A stretch of DNA of 64,000 bases from Escherichia coli (GTDB lineage Bacteria > Pseudomonadota > Gammaproteobacteria > Enterobacterales > Enterobacteriaceae): NCBI RefSeq assembly GCF_013122565.1, contig NZ_CP053258.1. The stretch is one strand, 5' to 3'. The notes under the pieces were generated by a model that saw only the letters and a program-made list of their open reading frames with translations, made no database searches and was not told the DNA's origin. Within the stretch, counting starts at the first letter, position 1. Every line of letters begins with the position of its first letter. Positions 11,634 through 21,374 of the stretch are shown here, piece after piece. The position numbers were made by a program, and so were the translations under genes.

Positions 11634-12225
11634 GAGAGTCAGCCCATTCTGCAAGCTCCTGGCGGCGTGCCACCGGGAGCGCAGCTTCATGAATACCGAT
11701 AATGGCACCTTCAAGCATAAACAGAATCTTTTCTGTCACCAGACTGTTTTGCTGCCGCAGTCGCAACCAACACATTTTTGCCCCAAGTATACGTAACGCC
11801 CGTACATCCTTAATCCCCACCTCCCCGAGAATCGCTTCCAGATGAAAAGACATATTGGGCAAATCTTTCAGTCTTTCCCGGGTATTGCGCGTGCTTTTCT
11901 CTTTCAGCGCTGCATCGAGAGAATATTTCGACAGACGCACCAGCTTCAGTTGATTTCGCCATAGACTTTCATCAACCCGATAGTAATTGAGGGTAACGGA
12001 TCGGCCACACTTTTTATATGTCAGCCAGACAGGCGGATGTTTTACACAGTACTGTGCACTTTGCTCACAAGCCCGAAGATACAACTCACCATCAGAAACC
12101 ATCGCAAACACCGTGTCGTCAACGGTCAGGCTGTAACTGCCAAACAATGATCGGTATTCAATTGTGCCCAACGTTGCCAGGTATTCTTGTGATTTATAGA
12201 TCCGCTTATAGGAGAGGCTTTTCAT
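11596..12225 (-). CDS. sxy: Competence regulator Sxy/TfoX, 209 aa
   Basis: ORF 11596..12225; MKSLSYKRIYKSQEYLATLGTIEYRSLFGSYSL; 3' end overlaps yccS by 38 nt. Confidence 0.92.
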   Translation of the reverse strand: MKSLSYKRIYKSQEYLATLGTIEYRSLFGSYSLTVDDTVFAMVSDGELYLRACEQSAQYCVKHPPVWLTYKKCGRSVTLNYYRVDESLWRNQLKLVRLSKYSLDAALKEKSTRNTRERLKDLPNMSFHLEAILGEVGIKDVRALRILGAKMCWLRLRQQNSLVTEKILFMLEGAIIGIHEAALPVARRQELAEWADSLTPKQEFPAELE

Positions 12226-12401
12226 AAAATTCCTTTTAAAATCATAACATAAAAGAATGATTCACATTAACGGATCCGTTAACTACGAAAATAGGCAACT
12301 TATTCTTAAGGGGCAAGATTAATTTATGTTTTCCCGTCACCAACGACAAAATTTGCGAGGCTCTTTCCGAAAATAGGGTTGATCTTTGTTGTCACTGGAT
12401 G

Positions 12402-12421
12402 TACTGTACATCCATACAGTA
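12402..12421 (+). promoter_or_regulatory. LexA operator (SOS box) in the sulA promoter
   Basis: TACTGTACATCCATACAGTA, perfect CTGT-N8-ACAG palindrome, 23 nt upstream of the sulA ATG. Confidence 0.9.
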
Positions 12422-12443
12422 ACTCACAGGGGCTGGATTGATT

Positions 12444-12953
12444 ATGTACACTTCAGGCTATGCACATCGTTCTTCGTCGTTCTCATCCGCAGCAAGTAAA
12501 ATTGCGCGTGTCTCTACGGAAAACACTACAGCCGGGCTTATCAGTGAAGTTGTCTATCGCGAAGATCAGCCCATGATGACGCAACTTCTTCTGTTGCCAT
12601 TGTTACAGCAACTCGGTCAGCAATCGCGCTGGCAACTCTGGTTAACACCGCAACAAAAACTGAGTCGGGAATGGGTTCAGGCATCTGGGCTACCCTTAAC
12701 GAAAGTAATGCAGATGAGCCAGCTCTCCCCTTGCCACACCGTGGAATCAATGGTTCGCGCTTTACGCACGGGCAATTACAGTGTGGTGATCGGTTGGTTG
12801 GCAGATGATTTGACTGAAGAAGAGCATGCTGAACTTGTTGATGCGGCAAATGAAGGTAACGCTATGGGGTTTATTATGCGTCCGGTAAGCGCTTCCTCTC
12901 ACGCAACGAGACAACTTTCCGGGCTAAAAATTCACTCTAATTTGTATCATTAA
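12444..12953 (+). CDS. sulA: SOS cell-division inhibitor SulA, 169 aa
   Basis: ORF 12438..12953 trimmed to [15 protein letters not shown]. Confidence 0.93.
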   Translation: MYTSGYAHRSSSFSSAASKIARVSTENTTAGLISEVVYREDQPMMTQLLLLPLLQQLGQQSRWQLWLTPQQKLSREWVQASGLPLTKVMQMSQLSPCHTVESMVRALRTGNYSVVIGWLADDLTEEEHAELVDAANEGNAMGFIMRPVSASSHATRQLSGLKIHSNLYH

Positions 12954-13176
12954 GTAAATTTAGGATTAATCCTGGAACTTTTTTTGTCGCCCAGCCAATG
13001 CTTTCAGTCGTGACTAATTTTCCTTGCGGAGGCTTGTCTGAAGCGGTTTCCGCGTTTTTTTTCTGTAAATTGTCGCTGACAAAAAAGATTAAACGTACCT
13101 TATACAAGACTTTTTTTTCATATGCCTGACGGAGTTCACACTTGTAAGTTTTCAACTACGTTGTAGACTTTACATC

Positions 13177-13309
13177 GCCAGGGGTGCTCGGCATAAGCCG
13201 AAGATATCGGTAGAGTTAATATTGAGCAGATCCCCCGGTGAAGGATTTAACCGTGTTATCTCGTTGGAGATATTCATGGCGTATTTTGGATGATAACGAG
13301 GCGCAAAAA
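13177..13309 (+). promoter_or_regulatory. ompA 133-nt 5' untranslated leader (stabilising hairpins, Hfq/MicA target region)
   Basis: Sequence from GCCAGGGGTGCTCGGCATAAGCCGAAG to the ATG matches the remembered ompA leader; TSS placement is from literature. Confidence 0.7.
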
Positions 13310-14362
13310 ATGAAAAAGACAGCTATCGCGATTGCAGTGGCACTGGCTGGTTTCGCTACCGTAGCGCAGGCCGCTCCGAAAGATAACACCTGGTACACTG
13401 GTGCTAAACTGGGCTGGTCCCAGTACCATGACACTGGTTTTATTCCTAACAATGGTCCGACCCACGAAAACCAACTGGGTGCAGGTGCTTTTGGTGGTTA
13501 CCAGGTTAACCCGTATGTTGGTTTTGAAATGGGTTACGACTGGTTAGGTCGTATGCCGTACAAAGGCGACAACATCAACGGTGCATACAAAGCTCAGGGC
13601 GTTCAACTGACCGCTAAACTGGGTTACCCAATCACTGACGATCTGGACGTATACACTCGTCTGGGTGGTATGGTATGGCGTGCAGACACCAAGTCTAACG
13701 TACCTGGTGGCGCATCCACTAAAGACCACGACACCGGCGTTTCTCCGGTCTTCGCTGGCGGTGTTGAGTACGCGATCACTCCTGAAATCGCTACCCGTCT
13801 GGAATACCAGTGGACCAACAACATCGGTGACGCACACACCATCGGCACTCGTCCGGACAACGGCCTGCTGAGCTTGGGTGTTTCCTACCGTTTCGGTCAG
13901 GGCGAAGCAGCTCCAGTAGTTGCTCCGGCTCCAGCTCCGGCACCGGAAGTACAGACCAAGCACTTCACTCTGAAGTCTGACGTTCTGTTTAACTTCAACA
14001 AAGCAACCCTGAAACCGGAAGGTCAGGCTGCTCTGGATCAGCTGTACAGCCAGCTGAGCAACCTGGATCCGAAAGACGGTTCCGTAGTTGTTCTGGGTTA
14101 CACCGACCGCATCGGTTCTGACGCTTACAACCAGGGTCTGTCCGAGCGCCGTGCTCAGTCTGTTGTTGATTACCTGATCTCCAAAGGTATCCCGGCAGAC
14201 AAGATCTCCGCACGTGGTATGGGCGAATCCAACCCGGTTACTGGCAACACCTGTGACAACGTGAAACAGCGTGCTGCACTGATCGACTGCCTGGCTCCGG
14301 ATCGTCGCGTAGAGATCGAAGTTAAAGGTATCAAAGACGTTGTAACTCAGCCGCAGGCTTAA
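13310..14362 (+). CDS. ompA: Outer membrane protein A precursor, 350 aa (variant loop allele versus K-12)
   Basis: ORF 13238..14362 trimmed to [21 protein letters not shown] signal; beta-barrel plus C-terminal OmpA domain; APAPAPAP hinge. Confidence 0.95.
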   Translation: MKKTAIAIAVALAGFATVAQAAPKDNTWYTGAKLGWSQYHDTGFIPNNGPTHENQLGAGAFGGYQVNPYVGFEMGYDWLGRMPYKGDNINGAYKAQGVQLTAKLGYPITDDLDVYTRLGGMVWRADTKSNVPGGASTKDHDTGVSPVFAGGVEYAITPEIATRLEYQWTNNIGDAHTIGTRPDNGLLSLGVSYRFGQGEAAPVVAPAPAPAPEVQTKHFTLKSDVLFNFNKATLKPEGQAALDQLYSQLSNLDPKDGSVVVLGYTDRIGSDAYNQGLSERRAQSVVDYLISKGIPADKISARGMGESNPVTGNTCDNVKQRAALIDCLAPDRRVEIEVKGIKDVVTQPQA

Positions 14363-14377
14363 GTTCTCGTCTGGTAG

Positions 14378-14407
14378 AAAAACCCCGCTGCTGCGGGGTT
14401 TTTTTTG
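14378..14407. terminator. Bidirectional Rho-independent terminator between ompA and matP
   Basis: AAAAA-CCCCGC-TGCT-GCGGGG-TTTTTTTT. Confidence 0.85.
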
Positions 14408-14437
14408 CCTTTAGTAAATTGAACTGACTTTCGTCAG

Positions 14438-14890
14438 TTATTCCTTACCCAGCAATGCCTGCAGATCCTGCTTCAGAGAAGACATTTTATTCGCGTATTT
14501 CTCTTTGTTTTCCGCATCTTCAATCAGCTGAACAATCGTTTCAGAAAGCGTTTTACCGCGACGCTGCGCAAGACCAGCCAGACGTTGCCAGACAATAAAT
14601 TCCAGATCGATCGATTTTTTGCGCGTATGCTGGTGTTCCGCATTAAAATGGCGCTTCCGTCTGGCCCGAATGGTTTGCTTCATGCGATTGACCAGTTCCG
14701 GATTCATATGCTTGTCAATCCAGCCATTTACCAGCACGGGTTCATTTTCCAGCGAGAGCAACACATCGACGGCTTCCTGGGCGGCACTGGCTTCTATGTA
14801 ACGGGTGATTAACTCCCCTTCGCGGTGCTTCTTCACCAGATACTTCCATTTCCAACCGCTTTCAAGATTTTCAAGTTGTTGATATTTCAT
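14438..14890 (-). CDS. matP: Ter macrodomain organiser MatP, 150 aa
   Basis: ORF 14438..14890; [26 protein letters not shown]. Confidence 0.93.
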
Positions 14891-15075
14891 AGCGATCTCA
14901 ATGTTACCGTGTAACTCTTTACAGAATATCAGCTTTTTAGGCCAGTGAAGAAAAGAATCTCCATCCTGTGAGCTTTAACGCTCATGCGAGGAGTATTGTC
15001 GGTGCTTTCTACGTGTGCTGTAGTGCCGGTTACGGTATAATCGCGGCTTTGACAACAGACTAAAAAACATCAACT

Positions 15076-16836
15076 TTGACCATTACGAAACTTGCATGGC
15101 GTGACCTGGTTCCTGATACCGATAGCTATCAGGAAATATTTGCTCAGCCACATTTGATTGACGAAAACGATCCTTTATTCAGTGATACTCAACCGCGACT
15201 GCAATTTGCGCTGGAGCAGTTGCTGCATACGCGAGCATCCTCCTCTTTTATGCTGGCGAAGGCCCCGGAAGAGTCTGAGTATCTGAATCTTATTGCCGAT
15301 GCCGCGCGTACGCTACAAAGCGATGCAGGCCAACTGGTGGGCGGTCACTATGAGGTTTCCGGCCACTCCATCCGCTTACGTCACGCAGTGAGTGCAGATG
15401 ATAATTTTGCGACTTTAACGCAAGTTGTCGCTGCCGACTGGGTAGAAGCGGAGCAACTCTTTGGCTGCCTGCGCCAGTTTAATGGCGACATTACCCTGCA
15501 GCCTGGTCTGGTGCATCAGGCAAATGGCGGTATTCTCATCATCTCTTTGCGTACACTGCTGGCGCAACCTCTTCTGTGGATGCGGCTGAAAAATATCGTT
15601 AACCGCGAGCGTTTTGACTGGGTTGCGTTTGATGAGTCGCGCCCTCTCCCCGTCTCTGTGCCTTCGATGCCATTGAAGCTGAAAGTCATTCTGGTAGGCG
15701 AACGCGAATCATTGGCTGATTTCCAGGAGATGGAGCCAGAGCTTTCAGAGCAGGCTATTTATAGCGAATTTGAAGATACTCTGCAGATTGTCGATGCGGA
15801 GTCAGTAACCCAGTGGTGTCGCTGGGTGACATTTACCGCCAGACATAATCACTTACCTGCACCGGGAGCGGATGCCTGGCCGGTACTTATCCGCGAAGCA
15901 GCACGCTACACCGGTGAACAAGAAACGCTGCCGCTTAGCCCGCAGTGGATCCTCCGCCAGTGTAAAGAGGTCGCCTCCCTGTGTGATGGCGACACCTTCT
16001 CCGGCGAGCAGCTAAACTTAATGCTACAGCAGCGTGAATGGCGCGAAGGTTTCCTCGCTGAACGCATGCAGGATGAGATCCTTCAGGAGCAAATCCTGAT
16101 TGAAACCGAAGGCGAACGCATCGGGCAAATTAACGCCCTTTCGGTCATTGAATTTCCGGGTCATCCACGCGCTTTTGGCGAACCTTCTCGCATTAGCTGC
16201 GTTGTGCATATTGGCGATGGTGAATTCACCGACATCGAGCGCAAAGCGGAGCTTGGCGGCAATATCCATGCGAAAGGGATGATGATCATGCAGGCGTTCC
16301 TGATGTCGGAACTACAGCTTGAGCAACAGATCCCCTTCTCAGCATCGCTGACATTTGAGCAGTCATACAGTGAAGTTGATGGAGATAGTGCCTCGATGGC
16401 TGAACTCTGCGCCCTGATAAGCGCCCTCGCCGATGTGCCGGTGAATCAGAGTATCGCTATCACAGGTTCAGTCGATCAGTTCGGTCGCGCCCAGCCGGTC
16501 GGTGGTTTAAATGAGAAAATCGAAGGCTTCTTTGCTATTTGCCAGCAACGTGAGTTAACCGGGAAACAAGGTGTCATTATCCCCACAGCTAACGTTCGCC
16601 ATTTAAGTCTTCACAGTGAACTGGTGAAAGCAGTAGAAGAAGGCAAATTCACCATCTGGGCAGTAGACGATGTGACTGACGCACTGCCGTTATTATTAAA
16701 TCTGGTGTGGGATGGCGAAGGCCAAACGACGCTGATGCAAACCATCCAGGAACGTATCGCGCAAGCATCGCAACAGGAAGGACGTCACCGTTTTCCATGG
16801 CCATTACGTTGGCTGAACTGGTTTATTCCGAACTGA
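15076..16836 (+). CDS. ycbZ: Lon-related protease-domain protein YcbZ, 586 aa, apparent TTG start
   Basis: ORF 15076..16836; C-terminal Lon S16-like region ([16 protein letters not shown]...GGLNEKIEG); no Walker A GxxxxGK[ST] seen; first codon TTG. Confidence 0.88.
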
Positions 16837-16866
16837 TCGGACTTGTTCAGCGTACACGTGTTAGCT
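16831..16866 (+). promoter_or_regulatory. fabA promoter operators: FadR box (AACTGATCGGACTTGTT) and FabR palindrome (AGCGTACACGTGTTAGCT)
   Basis: Both motifs read directly, about 40-75 nt upstream of the fabA ATG; the FadR box overlaps the ycbZ stop codon. Confidence 0.75.
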
Positions 16867-16904
16867 ATCCTGCGTGCTTCAATAAAATAAGGCTTACAGA
16901 GAAC

Positions 16905-17423
16905 ATGGTAGATAAACGCGAATCCTATACAAAAGAAGACCTTCTTGCCTCTGGTCGCGGTGAACTGTTTGGCGCTAAAGGCCCGCAATTGCCAGCACCG
17001 AACATGCTGATGATGGACCGTGTGGTCAAAATGACCGAAACGGGTGGTAACTTCGACAAAGGGTATGTTGAAGCAGAACTGGATATCAATCCGGATCTGT
17101 GGTTCTTCGGATGCCACTTTATTGGCGATCCGGTTATGCCGGGATGCCTGGGCCTGGACGCGATGTGGCAGCTGGTAGGGTTCTACCTCGGCTGGCTGGG
17201 CGGCGAAGGTAAAGGCCGCGCGCTGGGCGTTGGCGAAGTGAAATTCACTGGTCAGGTACTGCCGACAGCGAAAAAAGTGACCTACCGTATTCACTTTAAA
17301 CGCATTGTTAATCGTCGTCTGATTATGGGTCTGGCAGATGGCGAAGTGCTGGTTGATGGTCGTCTGATCTATACCGCCAGCGACCTGAAAGTCGGTCTGT
17401 TCCAGGATACGTCTGCCTTCTGA
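16905..17423 (+). CDS. fabA: 3-hydroxydecanoyl-ACP dehydratase/isomerase FabA, 172 aa
   Basis: ORF 16707..17423 trimmed to [23 protein letters not shown]; ATG confirmed at 16905. Confidence 0.95.
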
Positions 17424-17444
17424 TTATAATCAGACAGAGTATCA

Positions 17445-17480
17445 AAAGGCGAAACCTCCGCAATGCGGAGGTTTCTTTTT
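17445..17480. terminator. Bidirectional terminator between fabA and rmf
   Basis: Stem CCTCCGC / GCGGAGG, loop AAT, T-run on plus strand and A-run (T-run for rmf) on the other side. Confidence 0.75.
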
Positions 17481-17492
17481 AAAGAGACAGAA

Positions 17493-17660
17493 TCAGGCCA
17501 TTACTACCCTGTCCGCCATGGCTTCTCGCCAGCCTCCCAGCCATTGTGACCTTTGATTCAGCGTCTGATAGGGACACATTTCTTTTGAGCGTCCGGCGAT
17601 GCCGGCCTGATAACCACGTTGATGTGCCCGTTCCAGGCGATCTCGTTTTTGTCTCTTCAT
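17493..17660 (-). CDS. rmf: Ribosome modulation factor Rmf, 55 aa
   Basis: Absent from the ORF track (under 60 aa). Hand translation of the reverse complement gives MKRQKRDRLERAHQRGYQAGIAGRSKEMCPYQTLNQRSQWLGGWREAMADRVVMA. Confidence 0.92.
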   Translation of the reverse strand: MKRQKRDRLERAHQRGYQAGIAGRSKEMCPYQTLNQRSQWLGGWREAMADRVVMA

Positions 17661-17915
17661 GCCTCGTTTCCCTCATACTGGTTTCTGGTGGAAAAGAAAA
17701 CAGTGATTACTAAATGTGCAATCACAGTTAAGCAATACCGCGAATCATAACTGCCGTCAATGCGCAAAATTCACGCCACTGTCATATTTGTGAGCTACAC
17801 GGGCATGTCAGTTGTACAAAAAATGTGAAGAGGAACAACTTTTTCTGCACGTTAGAAACAAAAAAACCGCCTCAGGCAACATACCGGAGACGGTTATATT
17901 TACAAATCTTTATAA

Positions 17916-18479
17916 TTAAGGTAGACGCTTTATCTCTTGTGCAATAGAAGCGGCTTCCTGACTCCAGACACTGGCCAGCACTTTGACCATGTCATCGTAA
18001 CCATCCTGCGTTTGCACCCCTTCCAGACGGAACGGACGTTTGATCAGTTGTCCCTGGTGGTTCAACAGCCACTCCCCACTGACAATGACCTTGCCATCAT
18101 AGCGACCGTTAAACTCCGTTACGGTAACATTGAGCGTGTCCTGGGCGCTTCCCAGAGGCTGGGAGGCAACCACCCAGCCGGGCAGTTGCGTGCTCAGGTT
18201 GGCTACCAGGGTGTTGCGCAACTGTTGATCCAACGGGCTGGCCCACAAGTTGTTGTTGGCAATCACATACTTCACATCACTGGTTTGATAAACCACACCA
18301 TTCCCCGCCAGATAGTCAGGTACAGCGACCTGCTCTACCCATAACAGGCGATTACCCTGGCTGGCGGTACTTTGTGTACCGCTCTGCACCACAGGTAACT
18401 GGTAATAGTTTTTATTAATTTCGCCGGAGCTGCATCCGGCCAGCCACAGTGCTGCAATCGTCACTAGCCACTTTTTCAT
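17916..18479 (-). CDS. pqiC: Lipoprotein PqiC (YmbA), 187 aa
   Basis: ORF 17916..18479; lipobox LAGC in MKKWLVTIAALWLAGCSS. Confidence 0.9.
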   Translation of the reverse strand: MKKWLVTIAALWLAGCSSGEINKNYYQLPVVQSGTQSTASQGNRLLWVEQVAVPDYLAGNGVVYQTSDVKYVIANNNLWASPLDQQLRNTLVANLSTQLPGWVVASQPLGSAQDTLNVTVTEFNGRYDGKVIVSGEWLLNHQGQLIKRPFRLEGVQTQDGYDDMVKVLASVWSQEAASIAQEIKRLP

Positions 18480-20116
18480 TGTTTCGCCCTCTTCGGCTCT
18501 GGATCTTTTTTGTCCTTCGCTTCAAATACCAGCGCGTTACTCTTCTCGTTGAGCGTTTTCAGCACCGGTTGCAGTTCTCGCAACACCTGATCAAGGCGCT
18601 GCATATCCGCCACCATCTTGTTGTAGGCTGCGGAGCCAGGCTGGAAGCCCTGCATGCTGCGATTCAATTCACGCAACGTTGACTGCATATCCGTCGGCAA
18701 TTGCTGCATCGACTGGCTGGCGAGGATCTTGTTCATGCTATCCAGCGTCGTTTGCAGGTTTTTCATTGTGCGCTGACTTTCAGAAAGCGTACTGGTTGCC
18801 TGTTCAATCATCGGATTCAGTGGCAGTTTGTTGATCTTATCCAACGCTTCCATCAGTCGTTGCTGGATTTGCGCCAGGCCGCCGCTAACGGTCGGGATAA
18901 TCTGATAACCATTAAATTCACGAATACCGGTTATTGCAGGCGTATTTGGATAGAAATCGAGATCAACATACAGTGCGCCAGTGACCAGGTTTCCGGTTTT
19001 CAGCGATCCGCGTAAACCACGTTTCAACAATTCGCCAAGGTGCTCAACAACATCCGCATTTTCGCCAAGCTGCATTTTCAGCCGCTCTGGCTCGATACGA
19101 ATCAGCACCGGAATACGGTAATCATCGTTAAATGTCTGACGCATATTCGGCGCAAAGAATGGCACTTTGCTTACGGTACCCAGGCGAATACCCCGGAATT
19201 CTACCGGAGCTCCCGGTTGCAGACCGCGTACCGAATCTTTAAAGAACATCAGATAATCAATGTGATCGGTGTACAACGAATCCTGAATGCTCTTCTGATC
19301 ATCATACAAAACGAAAGCTGTTTTCGGTGCCACTGGCTGCCCTAAATCCAGACCTTCCGGCACATCAAAGCTGACACCGCCACTCAGCAGCGTTGTCAAT
19401 GAGCCCATCTCCACACGCATTCCCGCTGACGTCAGATCAACCGCAATGCCACTATCTTTCCAGAAGCGAACATTGCTGGTCACCAGTCGGTCATAAGGTG
19501 CATTGATGAACAGTTGATAGCTGATATTGCGTTTTTGTGTATCGAAGGTGCTGGTTTCAACCGAACCTACCCGATAGCCACGGAACAGCACCGGATCTCC
19601 TGGCGAGAGCTGCCCGGCTTTTTTGCTATCGAGAATCACACGGATACCTTTCGCATCAGGCGGGGCCAACGGTGGCGAGTCCAGCAAATCGTATTTATCC
19701 ATTTTGCTGCCTTTCGCGCCTGGCTGCAGTTCGATATAAACCCCAGACAGCAGCGTTCCCAGACCGCTAATCCCTTCTCGACCAATCTGCGGTTTCACCA
19801 CCCAAAAGACGGTATCTTTATGCAGCAATTTTTCCATACCGGAATTCAGCCGCGCTTTGATTTCAACGTGTGTCAAATCATCAGCCAGTGTGGCGCTTTC
19901 AACCACGCCGACGTCAACGCTACGGCTTTTAATGGTGGTTTTGCCACCTTCAATTCCTTCCGCATTCGCGGTGATCAGGGTCACTTCCGGTCCCTGATGG
20001 CTGTAATGATAAAAAAGAACCCAGGCCCCAATGAGCGCCGTGACGATAGGAAATATCCACACGGGAGACCAGTTCTTCACTTTCTGGATTTTGGCTTCCC
20101 CATTATTAGATTCCAT
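18476..20116 (-). CDS. pqiB: MCE-domain intermembrane transport protein PqiB, 546 aa
   Basis: ORF 18476..20176 trimmed to MESNNGEAKIQKVKNWSPVWIF; ATG confirmed 20114-20116. Confidence 0.92.
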   Translation of the reverse strand: MESNNGEAKIQKVKNWSPVWIFPIVTALIGAWVLFYHYSHQGPEVTLITANAEGIEGGKTTIKSRSVDVGVVESATLADDLTHVEIKARLNSGMEKLLHKDTVFWVVKPQIGREGISGLGTLLSGVYIELQPGAKGSKMDKYDLLDSPPLAPPDAKGIRVILDSKKAGQLSPGDPVLFRGYRVGSVETSTFDTQKRNISYQLFINAPYDRLVTSNVRFWKDSGIAVDLTSAGMRVEMGSLTTLLSGGVSFDVPEGLDLGQPVAPKTAFVLYDDQKSIQDSLYTDHIDYLMFFKDSVRGLQPGAPVEFRGIRLGTVSKVPFFAPNMRQTFNDDYRIPVLIRIEPERLKMQLGENADVVEHLGELLKRGLRGSLKTGNLVTGALYVDLDFYPNTPAITGIREFNGYQIIPTVSGGLAQIQQRLMEALDKINKLPLNPMIEQATSTLSESQRTMKNLQTTLDSMNKILASQSMQQLPTDMQSTLRELNRSMQGFQPGSAAYNKMVADMQRLDQVLRELQPVLKTLNEKSNALVFEAKDKKDPEPKRAKQ

Positions 20117-20120
20117 ACTG

Positions 20121-21374
20121 TCAGGACTCCTCATGCTCTGATTCAGGTTGACGATCCCACGACAAACGCGGGTCAAACGTCATAGCAGAAAACATTGTCA
20201 TTATGACGACTAAAGCAAACATTAATGCACCCATTGCCGGATAAATACTCATTAAACCTCCCATACGCACCAGCGCCGAGAGCACCGCGATAACGAAAAC
20301 GTCAATCATCGACCAGCGGCCTACAAACTCAACAACTTCATAAATCAAATGCATTCTTTCACTGTCGCGCTTGCCATGCCCTTTGGCATCCCAACACAGC
20401 CACGCGATGGCGATCATCTTTAACGTTGGCACCATAATACTGGCCAGAAAGATCACCGCAGCGACGGGATAAGAGCCTTCGCTCCATAACAGGATGACCC
20501 CAGCGAGAATCGTCGATGGCATCTTCGAGCCTAATAAATCCGTCACCATGATGGGCAAAATATTAGCCGGAAGATACAGCATGATGGACGTAACAAGCAG
20601 CGCGAGTGTCCATTGCAGGCTGTTTCTACGCCGAACGTACCCTTTGGTACTACAACGCGGGCACACGGGTTCATCAGCAGGAAGGATTGCCGTACAACAG
20701 GAGCACGAACGAAGCCCCTGACGTATCCCCGTGACGCCTGGTTTTAGCGGCTGGCGCAGTTCTGGCATCGGGGCGATATCGTCCCATAACCAGCGACGAT
20801 CAACGCACTGAAAAGCGCGCAGTTGCAGGACACAAAATAAACACCAGGGGAGAAAGCTGCTGCCTACGCCAATGCTGCCGTAAGCCATCAGTTTAACGAA
20901 ACTGACCAGCACACCAGCGAGGAAAATCTCCGCCATTCCCCAGGTTTTGAGTTGAAAAAGCACCCGTGCCAGTTGCTCTTTTAAACGGACCGGTAATTCC
21001 GCGCGATTCACCAGTAACAGAATGGTTATCAGACAAAACGCGGGAACCAGTTGCACAAACAACAGGAAAAAGGTGCCGAGGCTGGCGTAGTCCTCAGAAA
21101 AAAGCACGCCGGGAATTTCCAGTAATGTAATTTCACTGGTAACTCCTGCAACGTTCATATTCACAAAAGGAAACAAGTTGGACAGCAACAGCATGAACAG
21201 TGCAGCCAACGCATAGGCGGTAGGACGCTGCCGAGGGGCATCCCACGCCACGGTTAACGTTGTGCCACACCGGGGACATGCCGCTTTCTGACCATGCTCA
21301 AGGCGCGGTAACGCCACCAGCATGTCACACTGCGAGCACAGGATGTGCTTCGCGGCATGATGATGTTCGCACAT
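20121..21374 (-). CDS. pqiA: Paraquat-inducible inner membrane protein PqiA, 417 aa
   Basis: ORF 20121..21374; Cys-pair motifs and multiple TM segments. Confidence 0.92.
   Translation of the reverse strand: MCEHHHAAKHILCSQCDMLVALPRLEHGQKAACPRCGTTLTVAWDAPRQRPTAYALAALFMLLLSNLFPFVNMNVAGVTSEITLLEIPGVLFSEDYASLGTFFLLFVQLVPAFCLITILLLVNRAELPVRLKEQLARVLFQLKTWGMAEIFLAGVLVSFVKLMAYGSIGVGSSFLPWCLFCVLQLRAFQCVDRRWLWDDIAPMPELRQPLKPGVTGIRQGLRSCSCCTAILPADEPVCPRCSTKGYVRRRNSLQWTLALLVTSIMLYLPANILPIMVTDLLGSKMPSTILAGVILLWSEGSYPVAAVIFLASIMVPTLKMIAIAWLCWDAKGHGKRDSERMHLIYEVVEFVGRWSMIDVFVIAVLSALVRMGGLMSIYPAMGALMFALVVIMTMFSAMTFDPRLSWDRQPESEHEES

Noticed and set aside
12226-12443. CRP-S type site for sxy autoregulation in the sxy-sulA divergent region
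   Set aside because: TCACA-like half-sites are present around 12260, but I could not find a properly spaced partner half-site by eye; needs matrix scoring before it can be called.
16707-16904. 5' extension of the fabA frame overlapping the end of ycbZ (track ORF of 238 aa)
   Set aside because: The FabA sequence begins at MVDKRESY (ATG 16905), and the upstream frame covers the fabA promoter and operators.
17479-17676. 65-aa minus-strand ORF from the track at the rmf locus
   Set aside because: It is in a different frame from the real 55-aa rmf gene at 17493..17660, which translates perfectly.
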